DNA of 64,000 bases from Verrucomicrobia bacterium UBA3841 (GTDB lineage Bacteria; Verrucomicrobiota; Kiritimatiellia; RFP12; UBA1067): the NCBI GenBank assembly GCA_002392765.1, contig DGHT01000058.1:9326-73325 (forward strand), in the 5' to 3' direction. This document shows, piece by piece, positions 52,701 through 61,030 of this stretch. Made by a program: the position numbers and the translations under genes. The notes beneath the pieces were generated by a model. It saw only the letters and a program-made list of their open reading frames with translations, ran no database searches and was not told where the DNA came from. How positions within the stretch are numbered: the stretch's first letter is position 1; each line of letters starts with the position of its first letter.

Positions 52701-52908
52701 GAAAATACTCGATTTCGGCATACTGCGCGAGCCATTCTGGGGATGGTTCCTTCCCGACGGGACCGACATGGACATGCAGGGCGCCGTGCCCGACGTGGAA
52801 GTCGACTTCACTCCCGCCGACGCGGCGGCTGGAAGGGATGTGCAGCTTGACGCGGCGATCGACATCCTTCTGAAGGAGACCGCTGCCGGGTCTGCGGCCT
52901 GCGGCTGA
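49741..52908 (+). CDS. Tricorn-protease-like secreted peptidase (PD40 beta-propellers + PDZ + S41 C-terminal peptidase domain)
   Basis: It has multiple SPDG(K/S)R(V/L)xF propeller repeats, a PDZ-like region (KVARVIEGSPAENIVFPGETVLSIDG) and an S41-like tail (LVIDLRGNLGG...DERTQSNGEIF). The alternative start at 49714 is possible. Confidence 0.8.
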   Translation: MTVKHFISLMFAAFCATALAARDFSGIFLGACPSVSADGSRFVFEWNDSIWVASTSGGTARCLTPAETQESRPMISPDGKRVYFVSNRDGGGKLFALDMETSSVRQITRHSELTVPYSVAPDRESIVCVVLRDAGRVETAYRAALVTPDGSERILMENVNAFEPVVSPDGSRLAFTWREDSIYRKRRHGRSSKDREIWIYDFVTGTYSKLPTAAYSAFSARWRPDGRALYYLGRAEGESVASVREYSFETGKDRKVVSFGDDAAFQPTLSVDGKTMVVRAGFDFWRLDPTQENPLPRVIPLKPDSYPPRLSGTYRRFYDRAWNGDGYGDMNFTSEGREVAFTCGGALYVMDTVVRNPRLVAEESVAWIRECYFTPDARRLYYLVNRGDGSAICYAEREDGSLPWWENTAFRKTKLVDDDTVRSGLTVSPDGTRLAWADALGTYTFCGIDGGDVAYGPKATGAGGYSWSPDSKYIATELIDANGNSDVWILATDGAREPFNLSRNCRWDGTPAWSPDGKIIAWSGDRIGSDLHEISYVYLDPADEVADKQGDITRSRRQICPVDAADGAPADGVRYNIDFDTLQSRIRRTGIKGVLPFFSHDSRTLAYNSGSQTDCVTIPSSMTPRKLSSNTGTFPKWFASNDCLTWSVDGRPAHLDNIFHFKVYREDNLADFRLLAFRIAWGRLRDRFYDTRFRGLDWKAVERKYEDAARNASSYSVFQRVMNMMLGEMDASHTGFYKSADVEKEWIRNPPVHRWEKVTCHLGLVFEPGTFKVARVIEGSPAENIVFPGETVLSIDGAPLVPGQTRIEDLLESVAGHVFQLAVEGRGEPVHVKGSTYSSIRGLVAAEKERGRRKRVHEATGGRIGYVAVSQMDVANYNKFEEEIFSEAWGKDALVIDLRGNLGGFTGDRLLSIVCGPDHSFARSPNGLTGYLFSYWTKPIFSKPICVIVDERTQSNGEIFTHAIKTLGRGKVVGRQTAGEVIATYEKKILDFGILREPFWGWFLPDGTDMDMQGAVPDVEVDFTPADAAAGRDVQLDAAIDILLKETAAGSAACG

Positions 52909-52914
52909 TCCGCC

Positions 52915-53604
52915 ATGGGTTCGAACGGCACGCCAGTCGGGCGGGAGAACGTCCCGCAGTCCATTTTCGGGTACGCCTTCAAAAACAAGGCGCTCCTTGA
53001 AGAGGCGCTGACCACGCCCTCGTACAAGATGACCCGCCCCGGCGCCAGAGACAACCAGAGACTCGAATTTCTCGGCGATGCGGTTCTCGGCCTGATCGCG
53101 TCCGACTGGCTGTACGCGAGAAACCCCGGCGACGAGGAGGGCGCGTTGACGTCGCGCCGCCAGAAGATGGTTTCCTCGTCCGCCCTTTGCGAAGCGGCGG
53201 AAAGGGCGGATCTTAAGGCGGTTCTCAAAAGAAACCGCGGCGCGGAGCCGCTGCCGGCGCATTCCAAGACGTTCGCCGACGCGGTGGAGGCCGTCATAGG
53301 CGCGGCCTGGCTCGACGGAGGGCTCGAAGCCGCGCGCAAAGTGTTCGACGGGCTCGGAGTTGCGCTGGAACCGTCGAAGGCCGAAACAAACCCCAAATCC
53401 GTGCTTCAGCACATCACGCAGGCGATGCGTCCGGCGAAGACCCCCTCGTACAGGGTCTTGTCCGCCCGCGGCACGTGCGACAAGCCCGTTTTCACCGTCG
53501 AGGCGGAGGTTGAGGGCGTAGGCAGGGCGACCGGCTCCGCCGGGAGCATAAAAGAGGCGGAAACAAAAGCCGCCGCTAAACTTATTTCTGTTTTTTTTCC
53601 GTAA
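52915..53604 (+). CDS. rnc: Ribonuclease III
   Basis: NQRLEFLGDAVLGL signature, FADAVEAVIGA, and a C-terminal dsRBD (GSAGSIKEAETKAAAKL). Confidence 0.93.
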   Translation: MGSNGTPVGRENVPQSIFGYAFKNKALLEEALTTPSYKMTRPGARDNQRLEFLGDAVLGLIASDWLYARNPGDEEGALTSRRQKMVSSSALCEAAERADLKAVLKRNRGAEPLPAHSKTFADAVEAVIGAAWLDGGLEAARKVFDGLGVALEPSKAETNPKSVLQHITQAMRPAKTPSYRVLSARGTCDKPVFTVEAEVEGVGRATGSAGSIKEAETKAAAKLISVFFP

Positions 53605-53607
53605 TTT

Positions 53608-53616
53608 TGATATAAT
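53608..53616 (+). promoter_or_regulatory. Extended -10 box TGATATAAT 12 nt upstream of the lptC-like ATG
   Basis: Read directly, with no clear Shine-Dalgarno in between. Confidence 0.4.
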
Positions 53617-53628
53617 TGTTGCCGGCAG

Positions 53629-54162
53629 ATGAATATATTTTCAACTAAAATACAGCGTTTCGCGATCCGTTTCGCGATTCTTTCCGTCATTGCGGCGGGA
53701 AGCATGCCGCTTTCTGCCGGCGGCGGCGAATCTGAAAACGTCCAGGCGGGCGACGAGGCGAGGCTGAAAAACATGTACGGCGAAATCGTCGCGCGCGTGG
53801 ACCGTCCGGCGGAAGATGTGATCGTCCCGATAGAATGCTACGACGACGGTGCGGTCAAAACGGATGTGACGGCCGCGCGCGCGCAGTTTTTCGACCGCGA
53901 GGGTCTCGTATGGTGCGGCGACGTCACCGTGAGGCAGTACGATACTGACGGATCCGTCAAACTCGAACTGGCCGCGAAAGGCTGTCTGTTCGACCGCAAG
54001 ACGAGGACGGGGTGGCTGGACGGGCAGGCCGCCGGCAGGTTCGGTTCGACCGTCATGTCCGGCAACGGCATATTTTTCTCGTATAAAGACGAACTCGTGC
54101 GCATCACGTCGGACGTCTCCATAGTCTCAACCGACATCAAATTCGAAGGAGTCAAGCTGTGA
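53629..54162 (+). CDS. LptC-like membrane-anchored protein
   Basis: 177 aa with an N-terminal TM anchor and an OstA-like beta-jellyroll-sized body. It lies immediately upstream of, and overlapping, the lptA-like and lptB genes. The assignment is mostly positional. Confidence 0.55.
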   Translation: MNIFSTKIQRFAIRFAILSVIAAGSMPLSAGGGESENVQAGDEARLKNMYGEIVARVDRPAEDVIVPIECYDDGAVKTDVTAARAQFFDREGLVWCGDVTVRQYDTDGSVKLELAAKGCLFDRKTRTGWLDGQAAGRFGSTVMSGNGIFFSYKDELVRITSDVSIVSTDIKFEGVKL

Positions 54163-54755
54163 AATTCCAGACGGTAGTGTTTTTGGCGTCAGTGGCGGGC
54201 GCGGCGGTTCTGGCGCCGGCGTCCGGTACGGAGTCTCCCGGCGCCGCGCCGGCTCCGTCGGAGATACTGATAGAGGCCGCTCCGCCCAAAGCGGGCAAGG
54301 GTACGAACGCCGCGCCGCGCACGGTCAAGATAACGAGCGACAGAGCCTCGTATCTCAAGAAAGAAGGCATTGTAGCGTTCGAAGGACACGTGTTCGTGGA
54401 CGATGTCGAGTTCAAGATGCACGCCGACGAGGTAAGTCTGTTCCTGGACGGAACGAACAGCCTCAAGAGACTTGTGGCGATAGGCGGCGTGGCGGTGACC
54501 AACGGCACGCGGTACGGCTCCTGCGCAAAGGCGACGTACAACAAGGCGCTGTCGAAGGTCGTGCTGTACGCGGACGCGGAGCGCGGGATCCCCGCGCGGC
54601 TCGTCGACGCCGGAAAGCGCCAGAGCGAACTTGAAGGGCGCAAGATATCGTACTGGATAGACACCGAGCAGGTCGAGGTGGAGGGATCCACGGTTACGGT
54701 GGACGCCGGAGGTTTCGGCGGCAAGCAGGGAGCGAAAGGCTTTCTCGGAAAATAG
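54159..54755 (+). CDS. lptA: LptA-like periplasmic LPS transport protein (OstA_N domain)
   Basis: Signal peptide, then ITSDRASYLKKEGIVAFEGHVFVDDVEFKMHADEVSLF...AIGGVAVTNG...ATYNKALSKVVLY, the OstA pattern. Confidence 0.75.
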   Translation: MKFQTVVFLASVAGAAVLAPASGTESPGAAPAPSEILIEAAPPKAGKGTNAAPRTVKITSDRASYLKKEGIVAFEGHVFVDDVEFKMHADEVSLFLDGTNSLKRLVAIGGVAVTNGTRYGSCAKATYNKALSKVVLYADAERGIPARLVDAGKRQSELEGRKISYWIDTEQVEVEGSTVTVDAGGFGGKQGAKGFLGK

Positions 54756-54776
54756 CATGGAGGTCGGGACTGCCGG

Positions 54777-55589
54777 ATGATCGAGAGCGATGACATAGTT
54801 TCGAAGGCCATGAAGGCCATGGCCGAGGGACGCGCCGCAGGCGCGCCGCCGGTCGCGCGCGCGACCGCCCCGGATCTCGCGGCGACGAGGCTTGTCAAGA
54901 TATACGGCGACAGAACCGTCGTCAACGGCATGGATTTCGCTTGTTCGTGCGGGGAGATCGTCGGACTTCTGGGACCGAACGGAGCGGGCAAGACCACCAC
55001 TTTCTACATGGTCGTAGGTCTTGTGCGACCGGACGGCGGGAAGGTCGTATTCAAGGGCGAGGACGTCACCTCGCTTCCCGTCTACATGCGCGCGCGCAAG
55101 GGCATAGGATACCTCGCGCAGGAGCCGAGCATATTCAGGAAGCTGTCTGTCTGGAACAACGTCATGGCGATCCTGGAGACCCTGCCGCTCGATTACGCGC
55201 ATCGCAAGAAGCGCGCAGAAGAGCTTCTTGAACCGTTCGATCTGATGAAGGTGGCCAGACAGCCCGCCTACACGCTTTCCGGCGGCGAGAGGCGCAAGCT
55301 CGAAATAGCCCGCGCGCTGGTGAGGAACCCTTCGATCCTGATGCTGGACGAGCCGTTCGCCGGCGTCGATCCGCTTTCCGTGAGCGAGATACAGGAAATC
55401 GTCAAACGGCTTGCGAAGTCGGGTCTCGGGATAGTGATAACGGACCACAACGTGCGCGAGACGCTGTCCGTGGTCGACCGCGCGTACATGGTCTACGACG
55501 GGCGGCTGCTGAAGGAGGGCACCGCGGCCGAGCTGGTGCGCGACGACACCGTGCGCGCCAGGTATCTCGGCGACGGGTTCAGGATGTAG
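54777..55589 (+). CDS. lptB: LPS export ABC transporter ATP-binding protein LptB
   Basis: Walker A GLLGPNGAGKTT, signature LSGGERRKLEIARAL, Walker B LMLDEPFAGVDP and the C-terminal ...VRARYLGDGFRM typical of LptB. The true start may be an internal Met. Confidence 0.9.
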   Translation: MIESDDIVSKAMKAMAEGRAAGAPPVARATAPDLAATRLVKIYGDRTVVNGMDFACSCGEIVGLLGPNGAGKTTTFYMVVGLVRPDGGKVVFKGEDVTSLPVYMRARKGIGYLAQEPSIFRKLSVWNNVMAILETLPLDYAHRKKRAEELLEPFDLMKVARQPAYTLSGGERRKLEIARALVRNPSILMLDEPFAGVDPLSVSEIQEIVKRLAKSGLGIVITDHNVRETLSVVDRAYMVYDGRLLKEGTAAELVRDDTVRARYLGDGFRM

Positions 55590-55698
55590 GGGTTGAAAAG
55601 TTGAAAAGTCAAGGAGATGCGGCATCCTGCCGCGTAGAAAGGTTGAAAAGTTGAAAAGTCAAGGAGATGCGGCATCTTGCCGCGTTGAAAAGTTGAAA
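55590..55698 (+). repeat. REP cluster of the same family as at 27986/28825: two 25-nt units separated and flanked by GTTGAAAR tandem repeats
   Basis: The units lie at 55610-55634 (loop variant tcc) and 55660-55684. GGTTGAAAAGTTGAAAAGTC precedes each unit and GTTGAAAAGTTGAAAC trails. Confidence 0.9.
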
Positions 55699-55731
55699 CA
55701 AACAAGCAAGACAAAGACAAGGAGGTAAAGA

Positions 55732-56067
55732 ATGAGCATAGAAGTAACGATGAGGCACAGCGATGTGAGAATCGAGGCTCTCAAAGAGTATGCCGAGCAG
55801 AGGATGCAGCGGCTCGCGGAGAAATTTCCAAAGGTGACGACCATAAACATCGTCATCGACGTCGATGTGAAGAAGCACATGTACATGGCGGAAGTCGTGG
55901 CGAACCGTCTCGGCGAGACCGCAGTCGGCGCGAAGGAGTTTTCCGAGAGCGCCAAGAGCGTGATCGACACCGCGGCCGCGCGTGCGGAGCGCCAGCTTCT
56001 CAAAATGCGCGTGAAGGCGCGCAAGGGAACGGTCCGCAAGCAGCGCGCCGCGTCCGCGAAGAACTGA
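55732..56067 (+). CDS. hpf: Ribosome hibernation promoting factor / RaiA family (short form)
   Basis: 111 aa, MSIEVTMRHSDVRIEALKEYAEQRMQRLAEKFPKVTTINIVIDV, the sigma54-modulation-protein fold pattern. AAGGAGG RBS. Confidence 0.85.
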   Translation: MSIEVTMRHSDVRIEALKEYAEQRMQRLAEKFPKVTTINIVIDVDVKKHMYMAEVVANRLGETAVGAKEFSESAKSVIDTAAARAERQLLKMRVKARKGTVRKQRAASAKN

Positions 56068-56088
56068 TAACGGGGGAAGACGCGGTCC

Positions 56089-57099
56089 ATGCCCGGCAGA
56101 AAGAAAGCAGGCGACTTTTCCAAAGGGGTTCGCTTCACGGTGGGGGATTTCGTGAAATCCTCCGCCGGGCGCATCGACCTCAAGGTCGTCGCCGGCGCCG
56201 GGCGCATGGACATGGTCATCGCCGAGCCTATCGTAAACAGACTGGGCCTTGCGCTGACCGGATTCTACGACTGTTTCGCCTGGAGGCGCGTGCAGCTCAT
56301 AGGCAACGCCGAGTGTTCGTATCTTGCGTCGCTCGGCGAAGCCGAGAGCGAGAAGCGCTTCAAGGGTCTGCTGGAGCGCAAGGCCCGGCTTTTCGTGTTC
56401 ACCGGCGGACACCACGCCAAACCTTCGATAAAGCGCCTGGCCGAGGAATCGGGCGCGGTCATAATGGAGACGCCCCTCACGACGCGCGTTTTTTCGCGTC
56501 TTGCCACGTTCGTTCTGGAAAGGCTCGGCGCGCCGCGCGTGCAGCTGTACGGAACGATGGTGGAGGTGTTCGGAGTCGGCGTGCTGTTCGAGGGGGACGC
56601 GGGGCTGGGCAAGAGCGAGACGGCCCTGGGGCTCATAAAGCGCGGCTCGTCTCTCATCGCCGACGATGTCACGCTCATCCGGAAGGATGTCGCCAACAAC
56701 ATCCTGTACGGAAGGGCGAGCAAGGCGACCGAAGGCTTCATCGAAATACGCGGTATCGGAATAATGAAGATATCGCGCGTTTTCGGCGTGAACGCCGTCG
56801 CCGGGGAGAGGCAGTTGAAACTTGTCGTGACTTTCAAACGGCTCGGGGACGTCGTTGCGGACATCGACCGCGTCGGATTGAGGGACGTAAAGCGGAACAT
56901 ACTCGGCGTGGAGCTGCCGAACATAATCGTGCCGGTTTCGGAGGGGCGGGATCTCGTGAATCTTGTAGAAACGGCCGTGCAGCAGCAGAAACTTATATCG
57001 TCGGGATACGATCCCGTGGACGAACTTTCAGAACACCTCCGAAAGCGCGCCGATGCGCCGCTGGAGGATAAAAAAAGGAGGATAAAGAATGGCCGATAA
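56089..57099 (+). CDS. hprK: HPr kinase/phosphorylase
   Basis: Walker A GDAGLGKSETALGLIKRG, LIADDV, and IEIRGIGIM, the HprK signature. Confidence 0.92.
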   Translation: MPGRKKAGDFSKGVRFTVGDFVKSSAGRIDLKVVAGAGRMDMVIAEPIVNRLGLALTGFYDCFAWRRVQLIGNAECSYLASLGEAESEKRFKGLLERKARLFVFTGGHHAKPSIKRLAEESGAVIMETPLTTRVFSRLATFVLERLGAPRVQLYGTMVEVFGVGVLFEGDAGLGKSETALGLIKRGSSLIADDVTLIRKDVANNILYGRASKATEGFIEIRGIGIMKISRVFGVNAVAGERQLKLVVTFKRLGDVVADIDRVGLRDVKRNILGVELPNIIVPVSEGRDLVNLVETAVQQQKLISSGYDPVDELSEHLRKRADAPLEDKKRRIKNGR

Positions 57100-57373
57100 G
57101 ATTACCAGGGAGTTCACGCTGTTGAACAGGTACGGGATGCATGTGCGCCCGGCCGGCCTTTTTGCAAAGACTGCGAGCAGATTCGACGCCGACGTCGAGG
57201 TCGAGAAAGACGGCAATGTAGTCTCCGGCAAGTCGATCATGGCTCTCATGACGCTCGAAGCCACCTGCGGAACGGTTCTCAAGGTAACCGCGTCCGGACC
57301 GGAGGCCGCCGAGGTGCTCGAAGAGCTCGAGGCGCTCATCGCGCGCAAGTTCGACATACCGGATGAGCAGTAA
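57089..57373 (+). CDS. ptsH: Phosphocarrier protein HPr
   Basis: GMHVRPA (His15 site) and VSGKSIMALM (Ser46 site). 94 aa. Confidence 0.93.
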   Translation: MADKITREFTLLNRYGMHVRPAGLFAKTASRFDADVEVEKDGNVVSGKSIMALMTLEATCGTVLKVTASGPEAAEVLEELEALIARKFDIPDEQ

Positions 57374-59150
57374 CCGGAACATTTCCGCGACCGGGCTTCC
57401 GGTCTCGTCCGGTTTCGCCGCCGGGAAGGCTTTTGTCTTCCGGGGTGACGGCGAACTGCCGGTTCCGGAGTATATTGTCGAGAAGGGGCGCGAGCAGGAG
57501 GAGATCGACCGCTACAGGAAGGCTCTGGACAACATCCGGCGCGACTTGCACGCATTGATAGGCGTTCTGCGGGAAAGGACTGGGCGCGAGGATATACGCG
57601 TTTTCGAATGCCATCTGATGATTCTCGAAGATGAAGTCCTGCAGGAGGAGATCGAGGGGTATGTAAAGAAGGACGGCGTCAACATCGAATGCGCGATCAA
57701 GAGGGCGATGGGCGCCGCGCGGGCTCTTTTCGGCAGAATGAACGATCCGTATTTCCGCGAGCGCGTCAGGGACATCGACGATGTCGAGAGGCGGATATTG
57801 AAGGAATTGACCGGATACGACCGCAAGCCGCATCTCGAACTCAAAGAGCCGTCGGTCGTTATCGCAAACGATCTCACGCCTTCGGAAACGGTGCAGCTTC
57901 CCCGGGAATACGTTCTGGGATTTGCGATGAACGGGGGATCGGCCACCAGCCACGTCGCGCTTCTCGCGCGGGCGCTTTCCATTCCGGCGGTGTGCGGTCT
58001 GGGCAATATCACGTCGCTCGTCGAGCCCGGGACGATGATTCTTCTCGACGGATCCACGGGGAATATAGTGGTCGATCCCGACGAAGACGCAAAAGCCAGA
58101 TTCGCCGAACTGTCGGACTCCCGCAAGGGCGGCACTCCGTCCGCCGCGCCCTCCGACCGTCCGGCCGGAATGCTTAAAGACGGCGGAGACGTAATGCTTC
58201 TGGCGAACGTCCATCCGGGAGCGCCGGTCGCCGGAATAAAAGAATACGGAGCGCGGGGAGTGGGCCTCTACAGAAGCGAGTATCTGTGGCTCAACCGCGG
58301 CCTCGAGCCGTCGGAGGACGAGCAGTTCGAGGCATACAGGGACATTGCGGCGTTCACGTCGACGCTCGCCCCGGGCGCGGTCGCGACCATACGCGCGCTT
58401 GACATAGGCGGGGACAAGACCGTGCGCGGCATTTCCTCCAAGGAATCTAATCCATTTCTCGGCAACCGTTCCATCCGCTATCTTCTTTCCGAACGTGGCG
58501 TTTTCAGACGACAGCTGCGCGCCATCCTGCGCGCATCCGCCTACGGCAAGGTCGCCGTGATGTATCCGATGGTCTCCTGCATAGAAGAGATATTCGCCGC
58601 GGCGGAGGAGCTTGACGCGGCGAAGGAGTCGTTGAGGAAAGACGGAATCGCTTTCGATGAATCTATACAGTCTGGCGTGATGATAGAAGTGCCGAGCGCG
58701 GCGCTCAATGCCGGAATATTCGCCAAGCACGTGGATTTCTTCTCGATAGGGACGAACGACCTCGTCCAGTACACGCTTGCCGCCGACCGCGGCAACGAAT
58801 CGGTAAGCCACCTTTACCAACCTCTCAATCCGGCCGTCGTGAAACTGGTGAAAATGACGATCGACGCGGCGAAAAAAGAGGGAAAGAAAGTCGCCGTATG
58901 CGGCGAAAGCGCCGCAGATCCAGTGCTGGGTCCGTTCTGGGCGGCAATGGGCGCGGACATGCTTTCGATGAGCGCATCCTACATTCCGGTCATATCGCGC
59001 GTACTTTCGTCCCTCACGCGCGCGGATCTGGACGAATACGCCGGGATACCGTCCACGCTTCCCGAAACCGCGACGGCCGCCGAAATCTTCGAAGCGTGCC
59101 GCAGATGGATGTCTGCGAAGATGCCTTTGATTGAAGGCGGCCGGGCATGA
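57363..59150 (+). CDS. ptsI: Phosphoenolpyruvate-protein phosphotransferase (PTS Enzyme I)
   Basis: GGSATSHVALLARALSIPAV (active-site His), FFSIGTNDLVQYTLAADR and VCGESAADP. Confidence 0.93.
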   Translation: MSSNRNISATGLPVSSGFAAGKAFVFRGDGELPVPEYIVEKGREQEEIDRYRKALDNIRRDLHALIGVLRERTGREDIRVFECHLMILEDEVLQEEIEGYVKKDGVNIECAIKRAMGAARALFGRMNDPYFRERVRDIDDVERRILKELTGYDRKPHLELKEPSVVIANDLTPSETVQLPREYVLGFAMNGGSATSHVALLARALSIPAVCGLGNITSLVEPGTMILLDGSTGNIVVDPDEDAKARFAELSDSRKGGTPSAAPSDRPAGMLKDGGDVMLLANVHPGAPVAGIKEYGARGVGLYRSEYLWLNRGLEPSEDEQFEAYRDIAAFTSTLAPGAVATIRALDIGGDKTVRGISSKESNPFLGNRSIRYLLSERGVFRRQLRAILRASAYGKVAVMYPMVSCIEEIFAAAEELDAAKESLRKDGIAFDESIQSGVMIEVPSAALNAGIFAKHVDFFSIGTNDLVQYTLAADRGNESVSHLYQPLNPAVVKLVKMTIDAAKKEGKKVAVCGESAADPVLGPFWAAMGADMLSMSASYIPVISRVLSSLTRADLDEYAGIPSTLPETATAAEIFEACRRWMSAKMPLIEGGRA

Positions 59151-60019
59151 TTTCCACCGGCGAGATCGTTCTCGAGCGTATCGAATACGCCCTCGGGGAG
59201 CGCGAGGTGGACAACGAAGGACGCCTTTCCCGGGCTGCGATAGAGGCGACGGGATTCAAGAAACGCTACGAGGCGGCGCCGGGCACCGGCGTGTTCGAGC
59301 TTGCCATGTCCGCCGCCGCGAAGATCCCGGCGGACGCGATCGCCGGAACGGGTGGCGTGGTCGCGGCGACTTTTTCGTACGCCGACAGGTTCCCGTCCCT
59401 TGCAGTCCGCATCGGCAGCGCGCTCGGGATGGATCCCTCCGCGCCGATGCTCGATCTGCAGATGGCGTGCAGCGCCTATCCCTACGCTTTGTATGTCGCC
59501 GGCTGTCTTTGCGCCGCGACGGGGAAAAAGATTCTCGTCGTCGACGGCGACGTGCAGACTCCTCTGGCCAGGCCGGGAGAGGGGACGCTGGAGCTTTTCT
59601 CGGATGCGGCGACCGCGACGGTCGTGTCCGTCCGCAGCGGCGGACGGAGCCATTTCGCTTTTCTATCGAAGTACGGCAGGGAGCTTTCCTGTCCGTCCGC
59701 CGGGCCCCTGTCCATGGACGGCTTCGGCGTGTTTTCGTTCGTCGCGGCGGAAGTCGCGCCGTTTCTGTCGCGCTTTGCCGCGGAGGCGGGTGAAATCGAC
59801 CGTTTCGTCCCGCACCAGGCGAACATGTACATGGTAAGGCGTCTGGCGGAGGATGCGGGGCTTGCGGACAAAATGCTTTCGAGCGAAGGCAGGTTCGCGA
59901 ATCCTGGATCCGCTTCGATCCCCCTTACGATAGCGGCAAGCGGGGAAAAGGGCCGTTTTCTTCTGGCCGGCTTCGGGGCCGGTCTTTCAGCGGCCGCCGC
60001 GGCGGTCACGGTGTCGTAG
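59147..60019 (+). CDS. FabH-like 3-oxoacyl-ACP synthase III family protein (short, 290 aa)
   Basis: The Cys-His-Asn triad context is present (LQMACSAYPYAL, VPHQANMYM, FANPGSASIP). ATGA overlap with the ptsI stop. Confidence 0.7.
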   Translation: MISTGEIVLERIEYALGEREVDNEGRLSRAAIEATGFKKRYEAAPGTGVFELAMSAAAKIPADAIAGTGGVVAATFSYADRFPSLAVRIGSALGMDPSAPMLDLQMACSAYPYALYVAGCLCAATGKKILVVDGDVQTPLARPGEGTLELFSDAATATVVSVRSGGRSHFAFLSKYGRELSCPSAGPLSMDGFGVFSFVAAEVAPFLSRFAAEAGEIDRFVPHQANMYMVRRLAEDAGLADKMLSSEGRFANPGSASIPLTIAASGEKGRFLLAGFGAGLSAAAAAVTVS

Positions 60020-60052
60020 TATGACATATTGCGCAGTATACAGCAGACAATC

Positions 60053-61030
60053 ATGAAAGCAATCGTTATTTTGCAGGCAGTTTCTTCGTGGCTTTCCAAG
60101 TGGACGCCGCTTTTCGTCGCCGGCGTCGCGGTCGGGACGTATTTTCTGCCGGAGGCGTTCTCGTGGGTCCGCGGCGACACGCAGACCGCCGTCCTTGGCG
60201 TAATAATGCTGACGATGGGCATGACGCTGAAAGGGGACGACTTCCGCATCCTCATGTCGCGCCCTCTTGACATGGCGATAGGAACGGTCGCCCAGTTCAC
60301 GTTCATGCCGCTCATAGCCTGGGCCCTCGTACACGGGATGGGGCTTCCGAGGGCGGTAGGCGCGGGGCTGATACTCGTCGGGTGCTGTCCGGGGGGAGTC
60401 TCTTCCAATATCATGAGCTTTCTGTGCAAAGGAGACGTCGCGTTCTCCGTTGGGATGACGACCGTGTCCACCCTTCTCGCGCCCGTGGCAACGCCGGCTC
60501 TTATGCTCTGGCTGGCCGGCGAGAATGTGGATGTCGATGCGGCGGGCATGTTCAAATCGATCTTGTTCGTGACCATTCTGCCTGTCGTCGTCGGCTTTTT
60601 CGCGAACAGCGCGTTCGGGCGCCGGCCCGCCTACCTCGAGGCGATGAAGGTGATGCCGGGTGTGGCGGTTTTGGGTCTGGCATGCATAGTCGGCGGAGTC
60701 GTTTCCGCGCACGGCGGCAAATTCCTGTCGTCGGGAATCATTGTATTCGCCGCGGTGCTGCTGCACAATTCGCTCGGCTACCTTCTGGGATACTTGACAG
60801 GCGTCGCGGCGCGCTTCTCCCGCGCGAAGCGCCGGACCGTGTCGATCGAGGTCGGAATGCAGAACGCCGGGCTTGCGACGGTCCTCGCCGGCCGCCATTT
60901 CCCCGCTCTGCCGGAAGCGGCGGTCGCCTCCGCTGTATCCTGCGTATGGCATTCCGTTTCCGGAGCGCTGCTGGCCGGCGTATTCAACGCCGCGGACTCG
61001 CTTCTCTCCTCCAGACGGCGCCGGGACTGA
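60053..61030 (+). CDS. Bile acid:sodium symporter (BASS/SBF) family transporter
   Basis: Polytopic, with GLILVGCCPGGVSSNIMSFL and IEVGMQNAGLA, both SBF family signatures. Confidence 0.85.
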   Translation: MKAIVILQAVSSWLSKWTPLFVAGVAVGTYFLPEAFSWVRGDTQTAVLGVIMLTMGMTLKGDDFRILMSRPLDMAIGTVAQFTFMPLIAWALVHGMGLPRAVGAGLILVGCCPGGVSSNIMSFLCKGDVAFSVGMTTVSTLLAPVATPALMLWLAGENVDVDAAGMFKSILFVTILPVVVGFFANSAFGRRPAYLEAMKVMPGVAVLGLACIVGGVVSAHGGKFLSSGIIVFAAVLLHNSLGYLLGYLTGVAARFSRAKRRTVSIEVGMQNAGLATVLAGRHFPALPEAAVASAVSCVWHSVSGALLAGVFNAADSLLSSRRRRD

